Assembly (NCBI RefSeq): GCF_006345805.1
Contig: NC_043008.1
Location: 42,718,001 to 42,782,000, forward strand
Direction of reading: 5' to 3'
Source: Octopus sinensis
Taxonomy: Eukaryota
Length of the DNA: 64,000 nt
A program made the translations under genes and the position numbers. Position 1 is the first letter of the stretch. Every line of letters begins with the position of its first letter. This document shows, in pieces, positions 1 through 13,020 of this stretch. The notes under the pieces are model-generated. The model was not told the origin of the DNA, did no database searches, and saw only the letters and a list, made by a program, of their open reading frames with translations.

Positions 1-398
1 AAAGTGAGTGTATGTATCTGTGTCCACACATGGATTCACAGTTTACTGATACGTGTGTAGAAATATTACGTCTAGATATTTTGGTATGCATTTGTATATA
101 TGAAACACTAATATCTACCAGTAATTTTTATATTTGTTAATTACCATCTTTAATTGTGTAATTTATGTTTGAATGTTTCTAAAGAATTCAGGAAGCTCGT
201 TTAGAAAGAGAATTAGAGGCGATAATCTTTACTTGAAATTTTATCACAAAAATTAGTAGAAGGATTTATATATGAGTGTGTATGGCATCCATCTACCTTC
301 TCTTCTCTACTTCGTTCCTCTTCCTTTCATATCCGCCTCTCCTTCCTCTCTCCGCTTAGTCTTTCCGCACTCTCCCTGTCTCTCTTTGATATATATAC

Positions 399-402
<4 letters not shown>

Positions 403-481
<79 letters not shown>
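403..481. repeat. (TA)n microsatellite, one of many such tracts in the window
   Basis: Uninterrupted TA run; it explains the YIYIYI ORFs. Confidence 0.97.
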
Positions 482-483
<2 letters not shown>

Positions 484-611
484 TACAAATATCAATATAT
501 TCGTGTGTATGACGTTATGTCATAATGTTCTGTTTTATATGTGCGTGTATATGTATAAATATCTATGTGTTAATATAATACACACATAGATCTATATCTA
601 CTGCGTATGCA

Positions 612-667
<56 letters not shown>

Positions 668-1054
668 TATATATGTTTCGCTGTACGTATGTATATGTAA
701 GTATGTGTATATATATGTTTGTGTGTGGGTGTATATATCAATATGTGTGCATCACAGTCTTCGAAACAATGGCAGCATTATCTTTGCAGGTGTTATGGCA
801 ATGAATTACAGATGATTATGATTATTACCGTATCATTCTTTGAGAAATCGCTAACAATGCCATGGGTCTGTTTAACAGAAATCAATGATTAAGTTGAAAG
901 AAAGCCAGGAAGAATAGCAACTAAGATTAAATTCTATTAACAGACTAATTCTTATACATTCACTCTCTTACCGATTCCAAACATTTTTCCCCTTATGCAC
1001 ATCAATATACATACGTACGTACAAACATATTTTTTATCTGTTATTTATTTATAA

Positions 1055-1255
1055 TTAGACTACGGCCATTCTGGTGCAACGCCTTGGAAAATGTTAGTCG
1101 AACGAATCTATGCCACTGCTTACTTAATTTAAGCCAAGTCCTATTTTTATCAGTCTTTGGCCGATCCGCTAAGTTAAGGGGTGTGACCACGCCAACATGG
1201 TTTGTGAAGCGGGGATAGAGGACAAATATAGACACATACAAACAGACACACACAC
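1055..1255 (-). mobile_element. SINE family B, degenerate 3' half
   Basis: Similar to copies at 28441 and 49811 (gccgatccgctaagttaagggg versus gccgaaccgctaagttacgggg). Confidence 0.65.
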
Positions 1256-1429
1256 ACACCATATGTGTGTTTGTGTATGTGTATACATACATACATACAT
1301 ATACATATATATATATATATTGTTGTATTTCGGGATGGTCTTTTTTTTGCCAAATAAACACACGCACTGTATAGTTTTTCTTCACTCGTTTATTACTGTT
1401 CTTATTTCAATATTTTAACTCATGTACAT

Positions 1430-1475
1430 TGTCCGGAAATCTTTCGTCTCGCATCTGTGACCTTTTCAGCGACAC
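1430..1475 (-). ncRNA. Degenerate hammerhead-ribozyme-like motif
   Basis: Minus strand reads gtgtcg CTGAAAA g gtc acagatgcga gac GAAA gatt TC cggaca. Core G8 is mutated; stem I tgtc/gaca has an internal loop. Confidence 0.35.
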
Positions 1476-1525
1476 TTTTCGTTTTCGCGCATGCTCTTGC
1501 TCCACTTACTCCATTCTGTCAGAAT

Positions 1526-1710
1526 TAAGGCGGCAAGCTAGCAGAAACGTTAGCACGCCGGGTGAAATGCCTAGCGGTATTTTGTCTGCCGCTACGTTCT
1601 GAGTTCAAATTCCGCCGAGGTCGATTTTGCCTTTCATCCTTTCGGGGTCGATAAATAAAGTACCAGTTACGCACTGGGGTCGATATAATCGACTTAATTC
1701 GTTTGTCTTT
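1526..1710 (+). mobile_element. tRNA-derived SINE family A
   Basis: A-box-like ggcggcaagctagcagaaacgttag, B-box-like gagttcaaattcc, and core gcctttcatcctttcggggtcgataaataaagtaccag; repeated throughout the window. Confidence 0.9.
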
Positions 1711-2709
1711 CCTTTAGGTTCCATCAGTGAATGTTTGAAATGTTTGGCAAACGTAGTAGGGGATTTTTTTTTGCAACATGAATAACTGACACCAATTGAA
1801 AAAATACCATAAATAACAACTAGAATTTTTAGAACAGGTAACAAATGGTTTCCTTATTGCAGTTCACGAACTGCGATCACCTGATAATTAGTTTTCTCAA
1901 TTGAGCCGTTGTGTTATAGAATTTAATTATTTCGCTTTTGTACAGAGAATTATTCTACCATGTGAAACGAATTAACGAGAAGCTCAATAAAACGAACGCT
2001 AATATGTTGTTAAAGCTAATATATTGAAATATAAATAATTATGGTTCCACACAGAGTTCAATTTGAATTAGCCATGAATGCTAGGTGGATTAAATTATTT
2101 GGTGTAAACTAATTATACGTGAGAGAAGACGCGAAGCGAAGTTCCTAGTTCACGTTCCCTAGATGTTATTTATACATAAATACAAATATATACATACGTA
2201 CGTATATGACCACAGACATGTTGGCATAGAGTACTATTCATTAACCCAGATAAAGAATACTATCCCTTATAATGTTTGTCGTTGATGCAAGCGTGGAGAA
2301 AGAAATGGTTATTTTATTTGAGTAAATGTAAAGAAGCAAACTTTTATTTTATTTCTTTTAGAAAAGATCTTAGCAATAAATAAACGGTGAAATACAAACC
2401 ACGTAGGTATTCATTATGCATACAAAATGGCTACGAAACAGCCTAGACTCAGCTGTGACAGATCACGGAACCATCGAGTAGAATTCCAGTGCAGATTTTG
2501 AACTAAACCAAGACCCATACCAATTCGACAGAAAGGCTAAGGAAGAACTCTCGGTAGGCTGCATGAAGAGACTTAAAGAATATCGGGATAAGAAACGCTC
2601 AGCGTTCTCAAATTTTTCACCAAAGTAATTACGCCAGCAAATCACATTTGTTGAAAAGAAATATACCACCTTCTCAAACCAAATCACTCAGCCAAAATTC
2701 GCGAATGAG

Positions 2710-2850
2710 ATACATTCATTCATTCATACATACATACATACATACATACATACATACATACATACATACATACATACATACATACGTACGTACATTCATA
2801 TATGTATACATATATATATATAATTATATACATATATATATATATATAAT

Positions 2851-2945
<95 letters not shown>

Positions 2946-3069
2946 AGAGAGAGAGACAGACAGACAAACAGACAGATAGGCAGATAGGTAGATAGATAGA
3001 CAGGCAGACAGGCGGGCAGACCGCTAGATACATAGATAGATACGATAGATAGATACGATAGACAGACAA

Positions 3070-3165
<96 letters not shown>
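2710..3165. repeat. Compound microsatellite (TACA)n/(TA)n/(GACA)n/(GATA)n
   Basis: Directly visible tandem units. Confidence 0.95.
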
Positions 3166-3477
3166 GTAGACATGTGTATAGTTTGAGTGTGTATGTGTTT
3201 CCTCCCCACTCCTACTATCGCTTGACAACAGATGTTTTAGTAACAGTTTTTCAGAGATTGGATCAGTCAATCAGAGCACAAACTAACCAGGGCTCAGTAA
3301 TCAAGCAGAAAACACGTTAACACTGAATGATAAGAAAACAGTTTTGAACGATCGACAAATGATTAAAAATAGCATCACTGGGATGGATTCTTGTTTATAA
3401 ATCAGTGAGTCAACCTTTCTGGGCATGTTTGGCCAGAATATATACATACATATACATATATAAACATATATATATAT

Positions 3478-3596
<119 letters not shown>

Positions 3597-4239
3597 TTAT
3601 ATGTATATATACATATATATGTATATATGAATAGATATATATACAGATACACATGCTTACACGTATAAATATGTTACACTTGCATTATTTTCTCGTGTGT
3701 TAATCACTTGCTTCTACCTTTGCTGTTTGTTCTTAACAAATATATATTTGTGACTGTGTTTGCAAACTAAACTTAAGTTATTGCTTATCCAAGACTGTGA
3801 TAAGTAAACCATATGATTAACTGTGATTTTCATTATCGTTTTTTATAGTTTTTTTCTCTCTTTGTCTCTCTCAGATTGAATGAATAAATATTGCCGTCTA
3901 GCATGAGATATACCAACACGAACACCTCATCAAACATATTCACCAAATATATTTTTACACGTCCGCAGTATAACTAATACTATCTTTCGTTTCATTAGCG
4001 GCCACCTCTAATTTTATGTTTTAATTACGATTCTATATTTCGTTATTTGTATGGAGAAAATTAGTTTCATAATATATTGAGAAGAGCCAAAACTTAGATA
4101 TTAATTTACTTGAAATATATTTAATAAATTATCATAAATATATATTTAACACACTGGTTATATATGATGCATTCTTAAAATACTTATTTTCACAGATGAC
4201 CTGTTTGCATAGTTTCCTTTATGTATATATTCAACATGT

Positions 4240-4560
4240 GGAGGCGCAATGGCCCAGAGGTTAGGGCAACGAACACTCGATCGGAGGATCGCAGTTTCGA
4301 TTCCCAGGGCGGGCGTCGTGTGTTTTTATTGAGCGAAAACACATAAAGCACCACGGGGCTCCTGCAGGGGGTGGTGTCGACCCCTGTTGTACTCTTACGC
4401 CCCAACTTTCTCTCACTCTTTCTTCCTGCTTCTTGAGTAACGCTGCGATGGACTGGCGTCCCGTCCAGCTGGGGGGGGGGACACATACGCCACAGAAACC
4501 GAGAAACCGGACCCATGAGCCTGGCTAGGCTGGAAAAGGGCGCATAAATAAAATAAAAAT
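4240..4560 (+). mobile_element. tRNA-derived SINE family C with V-domain-like segment
   Basis: A box tggcccagagg, B box gtttcgattcc, internal gcgatggactggcgtcccgtccag, A-rich tail aaataaaataaaaat. Confidence 0.85.
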
Positions 4561-4779
4561 ATATTTAACATATGTTTGACAAAACCTTATGAGCTCCCTT
4601 CTATTGTCGTCAATATACCATTTTCTTGTCTATCACCAGCCCCTTCATAATCGGTGAATTACTAAATTGGGATTAACAAATCTCGAATGAATTTCGAGGT
4701 GTATGGCCGGAGTACGTATGAAATATATTCCAAATTTTTTTTCTGCTAATTTAATTCAGTTGTTTTTGTTTTCTGACAG

Positions 4780-4798
4780 CGAAGTTGTTTATTTACTG
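4780..4798 (+). other. Candidate 19-nt micro-exon
   Basis: ctaat branch-like site, then ttgtttttgttttctgacag|CGAAGTTGTTTATTTACTG|gtaagt. Splice signals only. Confidence 0.2.
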
Positions 4799-6102
4799 GT
4801 AAGTGTAGATACTTATGGAATAAATACTTTAGTGACTTTTAAATGTGTATTGTAATTAATTACATATTTATTACTCACGTATATTCTTTATTTTCATTAA
4901 AGTAATTTCTTCAGTCTTGAAATTTGTCAATATCAATTAACTGACACGAATGTTAACAATATACAATTGTAGTAATTTATATTAGTTCCTAATTATGTAT
5001 CTACCATGCATATCGCGCATCCATATTCGTTCTCTCTTGTTAGTAACAATTCTTGCTTAAATATAAAAAAATATCTACGACTACTGAATTTATCAAGATA
5101 TCACAATATATTCATTATAAGCTTATCCACAACGCCACATATTTAAAAAAAAAATGACCTTTTTTTTTACCTTCTGTTCCTTCCAGTTAACAACGCATTC
5201 ATTAAACCAGTCGCATTCAGATAATAAGTTTCAAAATATGTTATTTGAAAAATGGATCGACTTCTATATATTTACTGATTTTTCTCATTATTATTGCAAT
5301 ATTTGGAACTTTTATGTCGTCTTCAAGTTTTTCTCTTCTGCAAAATTAACGTTCAACTTTTTTTCGTGTATGTACACAGCCCACACATCCAGACCTTTGT
5401 TCGAATGTGAAAATATATTCAAATTGAATGTACTTTTATCTATCTTATATCTATATGTTTTTCTATTTCTGATTGCCAGCGGTGTTGGCATGTCTTCTCA
5501 AATTAGATATTTTTAGCACAGTAAGAAGTTTCGAAAATACAATGTCTCTTTAAGACACCAAAAGCGCTTTCATCGGTATACACACGCAAACAGTCACACC
5601 AAGTCTGCTTTCGCGCTCGCGTGTGTGTGTGTGAACGCGAGATGAATATTTTATGTGGATGTCAAGAACACTCATGGAAAAATTATCCTAAAAATAAAGT
5701 AGACGGGATATTTCGGCAAACTTAACCCTCGCAGAAAGCTTGAGAAAAAAAATTAGAACTACATTATTTTGTAGCACTTTAGCAGTGTCTGGAGTTACAA
5801 ATCACGTTAAATGAGAACAGCTGATTGTTTTCCCTGTGCTTTGACATTTATTCGAAGGATTGGGACATATTTTGAAGGTACCTCTTTAAAGACCAAAACA
5901 TCGGTAACTCACAAATTAAAGAAACAATTCTGTTCAAAACTCACAAATCAGCCATCAAGGACGGGATTGAGTTGAATATGATACAGCGTTTATTATACCG
6001 ACCATTTATGACAGCATCTGGCCTAAGTCGTTATATAATCATTATTGCTTATATAGACATTTATATATTTATATACGTGTATGTGGGTGGGTTGTGTGTA
6101 TG

Positions 6103-6158
<56 letters not shown>

Positions 6159-6466
6159 TATGACTCCGTAGGTAATCAATATTAGACCATTTCCTTATTC
6201 TATGTAAAATGATTCTGTATATCATTGATTACCTTATTTAAATGCGGAATCCTAGTAGGATACTTTTATACACTCTCTACCTGTTGTTGGGTGCACTCAT
6301 TCATGTGCATTCATTAACACATACATGCATACATACAGACATATGCATACATATGTAATAGAGGAATATCAATACAGTGTATTCTTACTTCCAACTATGC
6401 TACATAAGTTTCCATAGCACATCTGTTTATTTGTTTACAATGTATTCATATGACATTATACTACAC

Positions 6467-6663
6467 AAGAGCGGCGACCTGGCAGAATCGTTAGCACGCC
6501 GAGCGAAATACTTTGCGGTATTTCGACTTTGCCTTTTACCCTTCCATGTTCGATGAAATAAGTACCAATTAAGCCCTGTGGTCGATGCAATCGACTTAAT
6601 TTTTTTGTCTGTCCTTGCTTGTCCCCTCTATGTTTAGCCCTCGTGTGGACAATAAAGAAATAA
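6467..6663 (+). mobile_element. SINE family A, internally deleted
   Basis: gcggcgacctggcagaatcgttagcacgcc head, same core, tail ending aataaagaaataa. Confidence 0.85.
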
Positions 6664-6782
6664 TTTTATTACATAAATTATATTATGTGAATTTCACAAC
6701 TATCTCATCAGTCATTTTGAACATCGTACAAGTCAAATGACTGTGCCAAACATAAATACACACTCTCACGCGAGTATATATT

Positions 6783-6815
<33 letters not shown>

Positions 6816-6864
6816 GGGGTGAAACTGATAGATAGTTAGATACATACATACATACATACATACA

Positions 6865-6896
<32 letters not shown>

Positions 6897-7363
6897 AAGA
6901 TAGACGGACAGATGCCAATGGACGTATTGCGATAAAATACAAAACCATTTTCTTCAGAATGAGAAATTAGTAAATATTCATTGTCTTGTTGAGTTTTAAA
7001 CCATTTAATTTCCGTTGGTAATTCTATTGAGTGTCTGTGACATTCATGCCTTCTTCCTTTAACTTATTCCGAGCAGACAAAAAGTGTTGTTTTTTTTTTT
7101 TACTTCTTTGCTTTCATTGAAATCGAAATCTTGCTCGATCAATTGTTACGTCGTTCCGCTCTGTTACACATATTTCACTCATGAGAATCATAAGCGAAAC
7201 CAACTTAAGTGTTTGTGAAATAATGAAAATGGCGATTTGGGCGAATTTGAATAAAAATTAATACAACATTTACAAAGAGGATCTTTACCAACGTGTGGTT
7301 TTCTTTTCTTCTTCAATATTTCATTCTTCACTAACATTATTCTCCAGCATTGATGATTAGATT

Positions 7364-7382
7364 ATTATTATTATTATTATTA

Positions 7383-7419
<37 letters not shown>

Positions 7420-7440
7420 GTTGTTGTTGTGGTTGCTGTC

Positions 7441-7492
<52 letters not shown>

Positions 7493-7547
7493 TATTATTA
7501 TTGTTGTTGCTGTGGTTGCTGTCGTTATTATTATATTATTATTATTA

Positions 7548-7578
<31 letters not shown>

Positions 7579-7644
7579 GTTATTATTATTATCATTATCA
7601 TTATTATCATTATCATTATTATCATTATCATTATTATCATTATC

Positions 7645-7679
<35 letters not shown>

Positions 7680-7713
7680 CAATATCATCATTATTATTAT
7701 TATTATTATATTA

Positions 7714-7744
<31 letters not shown>

Positions 7745-7796
7745 TATCATTATCATTATTATCATTATCATTATCATTATTATCATTATCATTATC

Positions 7797-7831
<35 letters not shown>

Positions 7832-7908
7832 CATTATCATTATCATATCATTATCATTATTATCAATATCATCATTATTATTATTGTTGTTGTTGTTATT
7901 ATTATTAT
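7364..7908. repeat. Compound (TAT)n/(CAT)n/(TGT)n trinucleotide array with higher-order duplications
   Basis: The blocks gttgctgtcgttatt and caatatcatcatt each occur twice. Confidence 0.95.
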
Positions 7909-8477
7909 TGCTTTTGAAACGGTACAAAAATGCTGTTTAATTAGATTGATTTCCATTAATCAAGGTTATCAGAACGTTAGTTGAAACAAATGTTTGGTAA
8001 TTAGAAATTAACCGCAGACTCTGCTGGTTATTAACCTAACACATTGTAACTTTGATACAGAAAAGACGAAATATCGACAGTAGGATGCTGACAGAGGAGG
8101 AGAGACAGAGGTGAGGGTGTGCGAGAGATCTGTGTGTGTGTGTGTTTATGTGTGAATGTGTGTGTGAATGTGTAAATATATATAGAAGGTGAGTGAGTGA
8201 ATCGATAGAGAAAGTAAAAGAGAAAAAGCTCCAGTGAGTCTGAGAGCGGACTGAGATGAAAGGAAGAAAAAGATGAGGAGTGATAAAGAGATGAAAATCA
8301 TTTATCGGCATGTAGAGTGAGGGTGACAGTGAGAGAGAAAGAGAGTGAGAGAGTGAGAGAGAGAGAAAGAGAGAGAAAGATATAGAAGTTATTAAAGAAT
8401 GGAGTCGAGTGGAATATAAAGTAAAGGATAATATGGAGATGGAGGAATAGAAACAGAGAAAAGAGAGAAACAGAGAG

Positions 8478-8800
8478 AGGGGAAAGGGGGAGAGAAGAAA
8501 AGAAACGGAGAGACGAGACGGTAAGAGAAGAAGATAAACAGAGGGACGGAGAGAGGGAAAAAGGAGAAAAACGGGGGAAGGGGAGAGAAGAAGAGAAACG
8601 GAGAGACGAGACGGTAAGAGAAGAAGATAAACAGAGGGACGGAGAGAGGGAAAAAGGAGAAAAACGGGGGAAGGGGAGAGAAGAAGAGAAACGGAGAGAC
8701 GGTAAGAGAAGAAGAGAAACAGAGGGACGGAGAGAGGGAAAAAGGAGAGAAACGGGGGAAGGGGAAAGGGATGAGAAGAAGAGAAACGGAGAGAGGGAGA
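8478..8800 (+). repeat. Purine-rich minisatellite, unit 88-93 bp, about 3.3 copies
   Basis: gtaagagaagaag recurs at 8521, 8614 and 8702. Confidence 0.9.
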
Positions 8801-10558
8801 GTCGGCAGTCATTGTTTCGGTTTTGTCAATCGCTTTTATTTATTTATTTTGAAACAACATATAATAAACATTTTGAAAGTAGTTGACTACTTTGACAAAT
8901 TTGCTGCAAATTTTTAATTGTATCGAATGATGTAGAAACGCACAGGATGGCAAATCATGAAGGGTCTTATATCCCTAACCGAAAGCTCTGTTTTTTTTAT
9001 TCTACCACTGAGATCGGAGACGTTTTCATGGCGATGGTTTGGTGAATCAATTCCCGTGCAATATTCAGTTATGGTTGTTTCAATCTAATTCCAAACCTCC
9101 AAAATGTGGAACGTATCTATCATTGATCTGAATTTAACCCCCCAAAACAAAGAATTGACCAATATAATACAAGGCGAAAATTATCTCCGTAATACATCCT
9201 AGATATGAAAGAAATTCTAGTAGAAGACTGCAAGCAACATGTAACAGAAGGTACAAAGGAACTACAATTAACGCACAATAATTGAGTAATCATTTATGTA
9301 TATCTCTAGAATTATCGATTGATTAATGAAGAAAAAAAGGAGAAAAGAAAAAGTAAAAAGGCAGACAGCATGAGACAAGTGAAACTAGGGTAGGTTTCGA
9401 ACGCAGTTCCGCCTATATTACATTTACATCTCGCTCGATGGCAAATAATGTTTAGTAAGCCATGATGATCAATTCAAGGACCATCATTTCTTCTAAATCC
9501 GAATATTCACGATCAAATACAATTAACTTGGATGACTGATGAATCTGTCATCCTCTTTGACATTATATATTTGTCCATTATCTACATTTGGCGAACTCGG
9601 CAATTAATTGGGATTAGTCTGCGAGCTGAAGATATTAAAATCTTCCAACGTTTTTCCTATCACTTCTGATGTCCTTCCAAAAAAAGGACATGAACGCTTC
9701 TACTTCTCCTAATTATGGCATATTCATAAAAGAATGAAAGAAAAAAATTGTATGCTTTAAGAACGTATAATCCAATAGAACTAAAATTGTTTTACAAATT
9801 TTATGATTAGATTCGTAACAATATTTTTCTTAACGTAATAATCGACATGAAATTCGCGAATTCTAATTACAGAGTCTAGACAGATAAGCAAATAACTGTT
9901 CAATTGATCTAGGGTTAAAAAATAGGAGCAAACCAATCAAAATCAATCTGGATTATCACCAGAAAATATCTCATTACAAACAAATGATCATAACGTATAA
10001 GAATTTGATATTTGTCTCTTCACTACGATGCATGTAATTATTATCTCAGAGAGTTATTTCTGCCATACGTACAATGGCGGGGTTTGTAGTCAGCTACAGC
10101 AACTTCATAACTTAACTAGTACTGATCTGGAAACTAGAATCGAAACTAGTTTCCAAAGAGACGTATTACATATCGCAAACGTGTTGCTGTTGTTGTTATA
10201 TTTTATAAGGTATTTGTTGTTTACCCCCTGTCGGTCCTGATAGAGCAAACCTGCGTTCAAAAGTCGTCTCATATTGAGTATCCCGACATTTATTCAATAT
10301 TACGTAATATATTATGATATAAGACTTGGCTAATATCTTTAATCGGTTGCATGACCACTGAATACTCCAAGACAGTTTTGCATAGCTCTCTTTATCCTCA
10401 CTCATTCATGTTACCGTTATACAACGATATTATGTACCGAAGCCGGGGCTGTGTCCCTTCGCTAGCGGCAGGATCATGAATTTATGTTGTTTTGTTTCGA
10501 TACGATTTCCTTTCACTTACACACAATATTCTTTTGGCGATTGCTGATAAGAATTGCT

Positions 10559-10590
<32 letters not shown>

Positions 10591-10591
10591 G

Positions 10592-10788
10592 AGTGAGAGA
10601 GCAGTGCATGCCATCAAAGTGACACTGGGGTAAAATATACGAAGCCCAGTATACCCATCCTGACTACCCGTCTGATAAGGGTACACTAGGCACATGCATC
10701 ACAACCATATGTGCGCGACATGGTGATCTCATATCAAGATAAACAGCACATGACCTTGCAGGTGGGGCCCAGTTAGAATTTTCTTCTA
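10592..10788 (-). mobile_element. Short retroposon-like insert flanked by (TAA)n on both sides
   Basis: Unique 197-bp segment within a TTA tract, ending in (AAT)n on the minus strand. Confidence 0.65.
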
Positions 10789-10794
10789 TTATTA

Positions 10795-10853
<59 letters not shown>

Positions 10854-10860
10854 GTTATTA

Positions 10861-11280
10861 TTTTATGTTTGACTTTTGCTTTACATTCGTAGAAGTTGGC
10901 TCCAAGTCTCAACCAGAAACCTCAAGAGACAAGTTGGAAGTTCATGTTGGTGTTATGCCTAGGGTGTCATATATTTGGTTTTGTACATAGTGTTGTTCTG
11001 GAGAATGTTTAAGAAACCATAAGAAAATTATGTGTTTGTTTTAAAACTTGAAATTGCTTAGAAAGTATTTTGTGTAGGATATGGGCAGTTCCCATGACAA
11101 CTATCTTTTGAATTTCTACCATTTTGGGGTTTCCTGGTATCTGAGCTAAATTGCAATCAGCCCCTTTTGCTATCATTCCCAGGGCAGTTATGACAACAGG
11201 TATTATTTTAGTCTTCAGGTTCCACATTTCTAATGCCAATTTCTATTTCAAATCTTTATACTTGCTCAGTTTTTGGTAGG
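10861..11280 (-). mobile_element. R4/Dong-like non-LTR retrotransposon 3' end (RLE domain C-terminus plus 3' UTR)
   Basis: KLSKYKDL..MWNLKTKIIPVVITALGMI..EIQKIVVMGTAHILHKILS, followed by an (AAT)n tail. Confidence 0.85.
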
Positions 11281-11475
11281 TCTTGATAGAACCCTCCTGA
11301 TAATCCTTGTTGTCCCTCAGAGACAAACTTTCTGTAGGAGTTCTACAGGGAATTCCATTCCAATCTCTTTCAGCCATTTGTCTATAACTTGACTTACCGT
11401 ACCCAACGCACCAATTATTATAGGCACGACCTTTACTGCTCTCATGCTCCAAAGTCTTCCTATTTCAAATTTTAA
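11281..11475 (-). mobile_element. Second RLE C-terminal fragment from a different subfamily
   Basis: A frame not shown in the ORF track reads EIGRLWSMRAVKVVPIIIGALGTVSQVIDKWLKEIGMEFPVELLQKVCL*GTTRIIRRVLSR. Confidence 0.8.
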
Positions 11476-11628
11476 GGGGTTGTATTTTCTTTGTTCCCCG
11501 CCCCTTTCATTACGATCTTGAAATCAAACGGTCACGATGGGTCGATAAATAAGAAACTTCGCTTTTCCTATCTACAATCATTATGTTCGGTCTATTATTT
11601 CCTCACTTCTTGTCCATTTGAATAGGGA

Positions 11629-11669
<41 letters not shown>

Positions 11670-11685
11670 CATTATTATTATTATT

Positions 11686-11790
11686 CAGTAGTCTTATGTT
11701 CATCACGTGATTTTTCTGATCTACCGAACGCAGCTCTGATTGTGCCTTTCGTATGTGTTGTGATTTGTCGTGGCGCTCTTATTTCCAGTA
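11686..11790 (-). mobile_element. Short retroposon 3' end with (AAT)n tail
   Basis: Similar to 33990-34105 (ctaccgaacgcagctctg versus ctaccgagcgcagctctg); both abut TTA tracts. Confidence 0.65.
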
Positions 11791-11811
11791 TTCCTTCATG
11801 CATTCATTCAG

Positions 11812-12490
11812 TGGCAGTGAGCTGGCAAAATTGTTAGAAATTCGAAAGAAATGCATTATGCATTTTTTATTCAGACCGATACGTTACGGTCTGAATAAAA
11901 ATACTGATCTGATTTAACTTTCCACTCCCAAGTATCGATAAAAAGAAATTACTAATGAAGTACGATGCAATCGACTAATTAATACCACCCCACTCTCAAA
12001 ATTACATTTCTTGAACCAAAATCAGAAAATCATTTTAATTCCATTAAGGGCACAAGATCAGCAGAATCGTTAGCATTCTGCGAGAAAAATTTTACGGTAC
12101 TTGCTCCAGCATTTTACATTCTGAGATGAAATCCCACCGGTTTCAACTTTTGTGTATTCCCGCTGGCGTCAGTAAAGCGCCCCTCAAATTACTGGTATCG
12201 ATTTATTCAACAAAACCCTCACCCAAAATATTAGAACATATAGTTGTCTTAGAAATGCTTATTATAATTTTCTCATCCACTTAGGGGCGGTCAGTGGTAG
12301 AATGTGAGAGCGTTTCTTCTACTGTTTGAAAATCTGAGTTCAATTTATGCTACGGTCAAAGTTATCTATTACCCTTTCGGAATCGATAAAATACGGGTAC
12401 CAGTCAAGTGCTGTTGACGGGGCACTGGTACGAACTGAGCAGTTCCCCTCAAACGTTAATGGCCTTGAGTCTAAATTAGAAAGTGTCTTC
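11812..12490 (+). mobile_element. Three consecutive old, degenerate family A SINE copies
   Basis: Heads near 11812, 12055 and 12283 with eroded cores. Confidence 0.6.
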
Positions 12491-12605
12491 TTCTTCTTCT
12501 ACTGCTGCTACTACTACTACTACTACTACTATCTCCTCCTCCTTCCCCTTATACCTTTCTACTATTACTACTACTATTGCTGCTATTGCTACGATATTCT
12601 CTCTG

Positions 12606-12825
12606 TAAGGTGGGTAGCTGGCAGAAACGTTAGCATGCCGATGGAAATGCTTTGCGGTATTTCGTCTGTCTTCATGTTCTGACTTCAAGTTCCTCCGACG
12701 TCGACTTTGCCTGTCATTCTGCCGGATTCGATGAATTAAGTAACAGTTGCGTACTGGGGTCGGGCTAATCGACTGGTCCCCTCCCACAAGATTTCGGGCC
12801 TTGTGCCTTGAGTAGGGAAGAATAT
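12606..12825 (+). mobile_element. SINE family A
   Basis: tagctggcagaaacgttagcatgccg head, core, and tail ggccttgtgccttgagtagg. Confidence 0.85.
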
Positions 12826-12847
12826 TCTCTCTCTAAATATATCGGTT

Positions 12848-13020
12848 CCAAATGTTGGCACAAGGCCAGTAATTTCGAGGGTGGGTGGGTGTCCGTCAAT
12901 TACATCGGTCCCAGTGCGCAGCTGGCACTTATTTCATCGACCCGAAAAAATGAAAGCGGAATTTGAACTTAGAACAGAGAGACAGACGAACACCGCTAAC
13001 CGTTCTGCCAGTTCGCCACC
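12848..13020 (-). mobile_element. SINE family A, deleted, tail-to-tail with the previous copy
   Basis: Reverse-complement head ttctgccagttcgccacc and tail ggcacaaggcc. Confidence 0.8.

Noticed and set aside
272-804. ORFs rich in YI/IY, CV, TH or poly-I/Y/L/N/S across the whole window
   Set aside because: They are translations of (TA)n, (TG)n, (TAT)n, (AAT)n and (TAG)n microsatellites.
8036-8812. 258-aa S/L/P/F-rich ORF
   Set aside because: It is a read-through of the pyrimidine strand of a GA-rich minisatellite.
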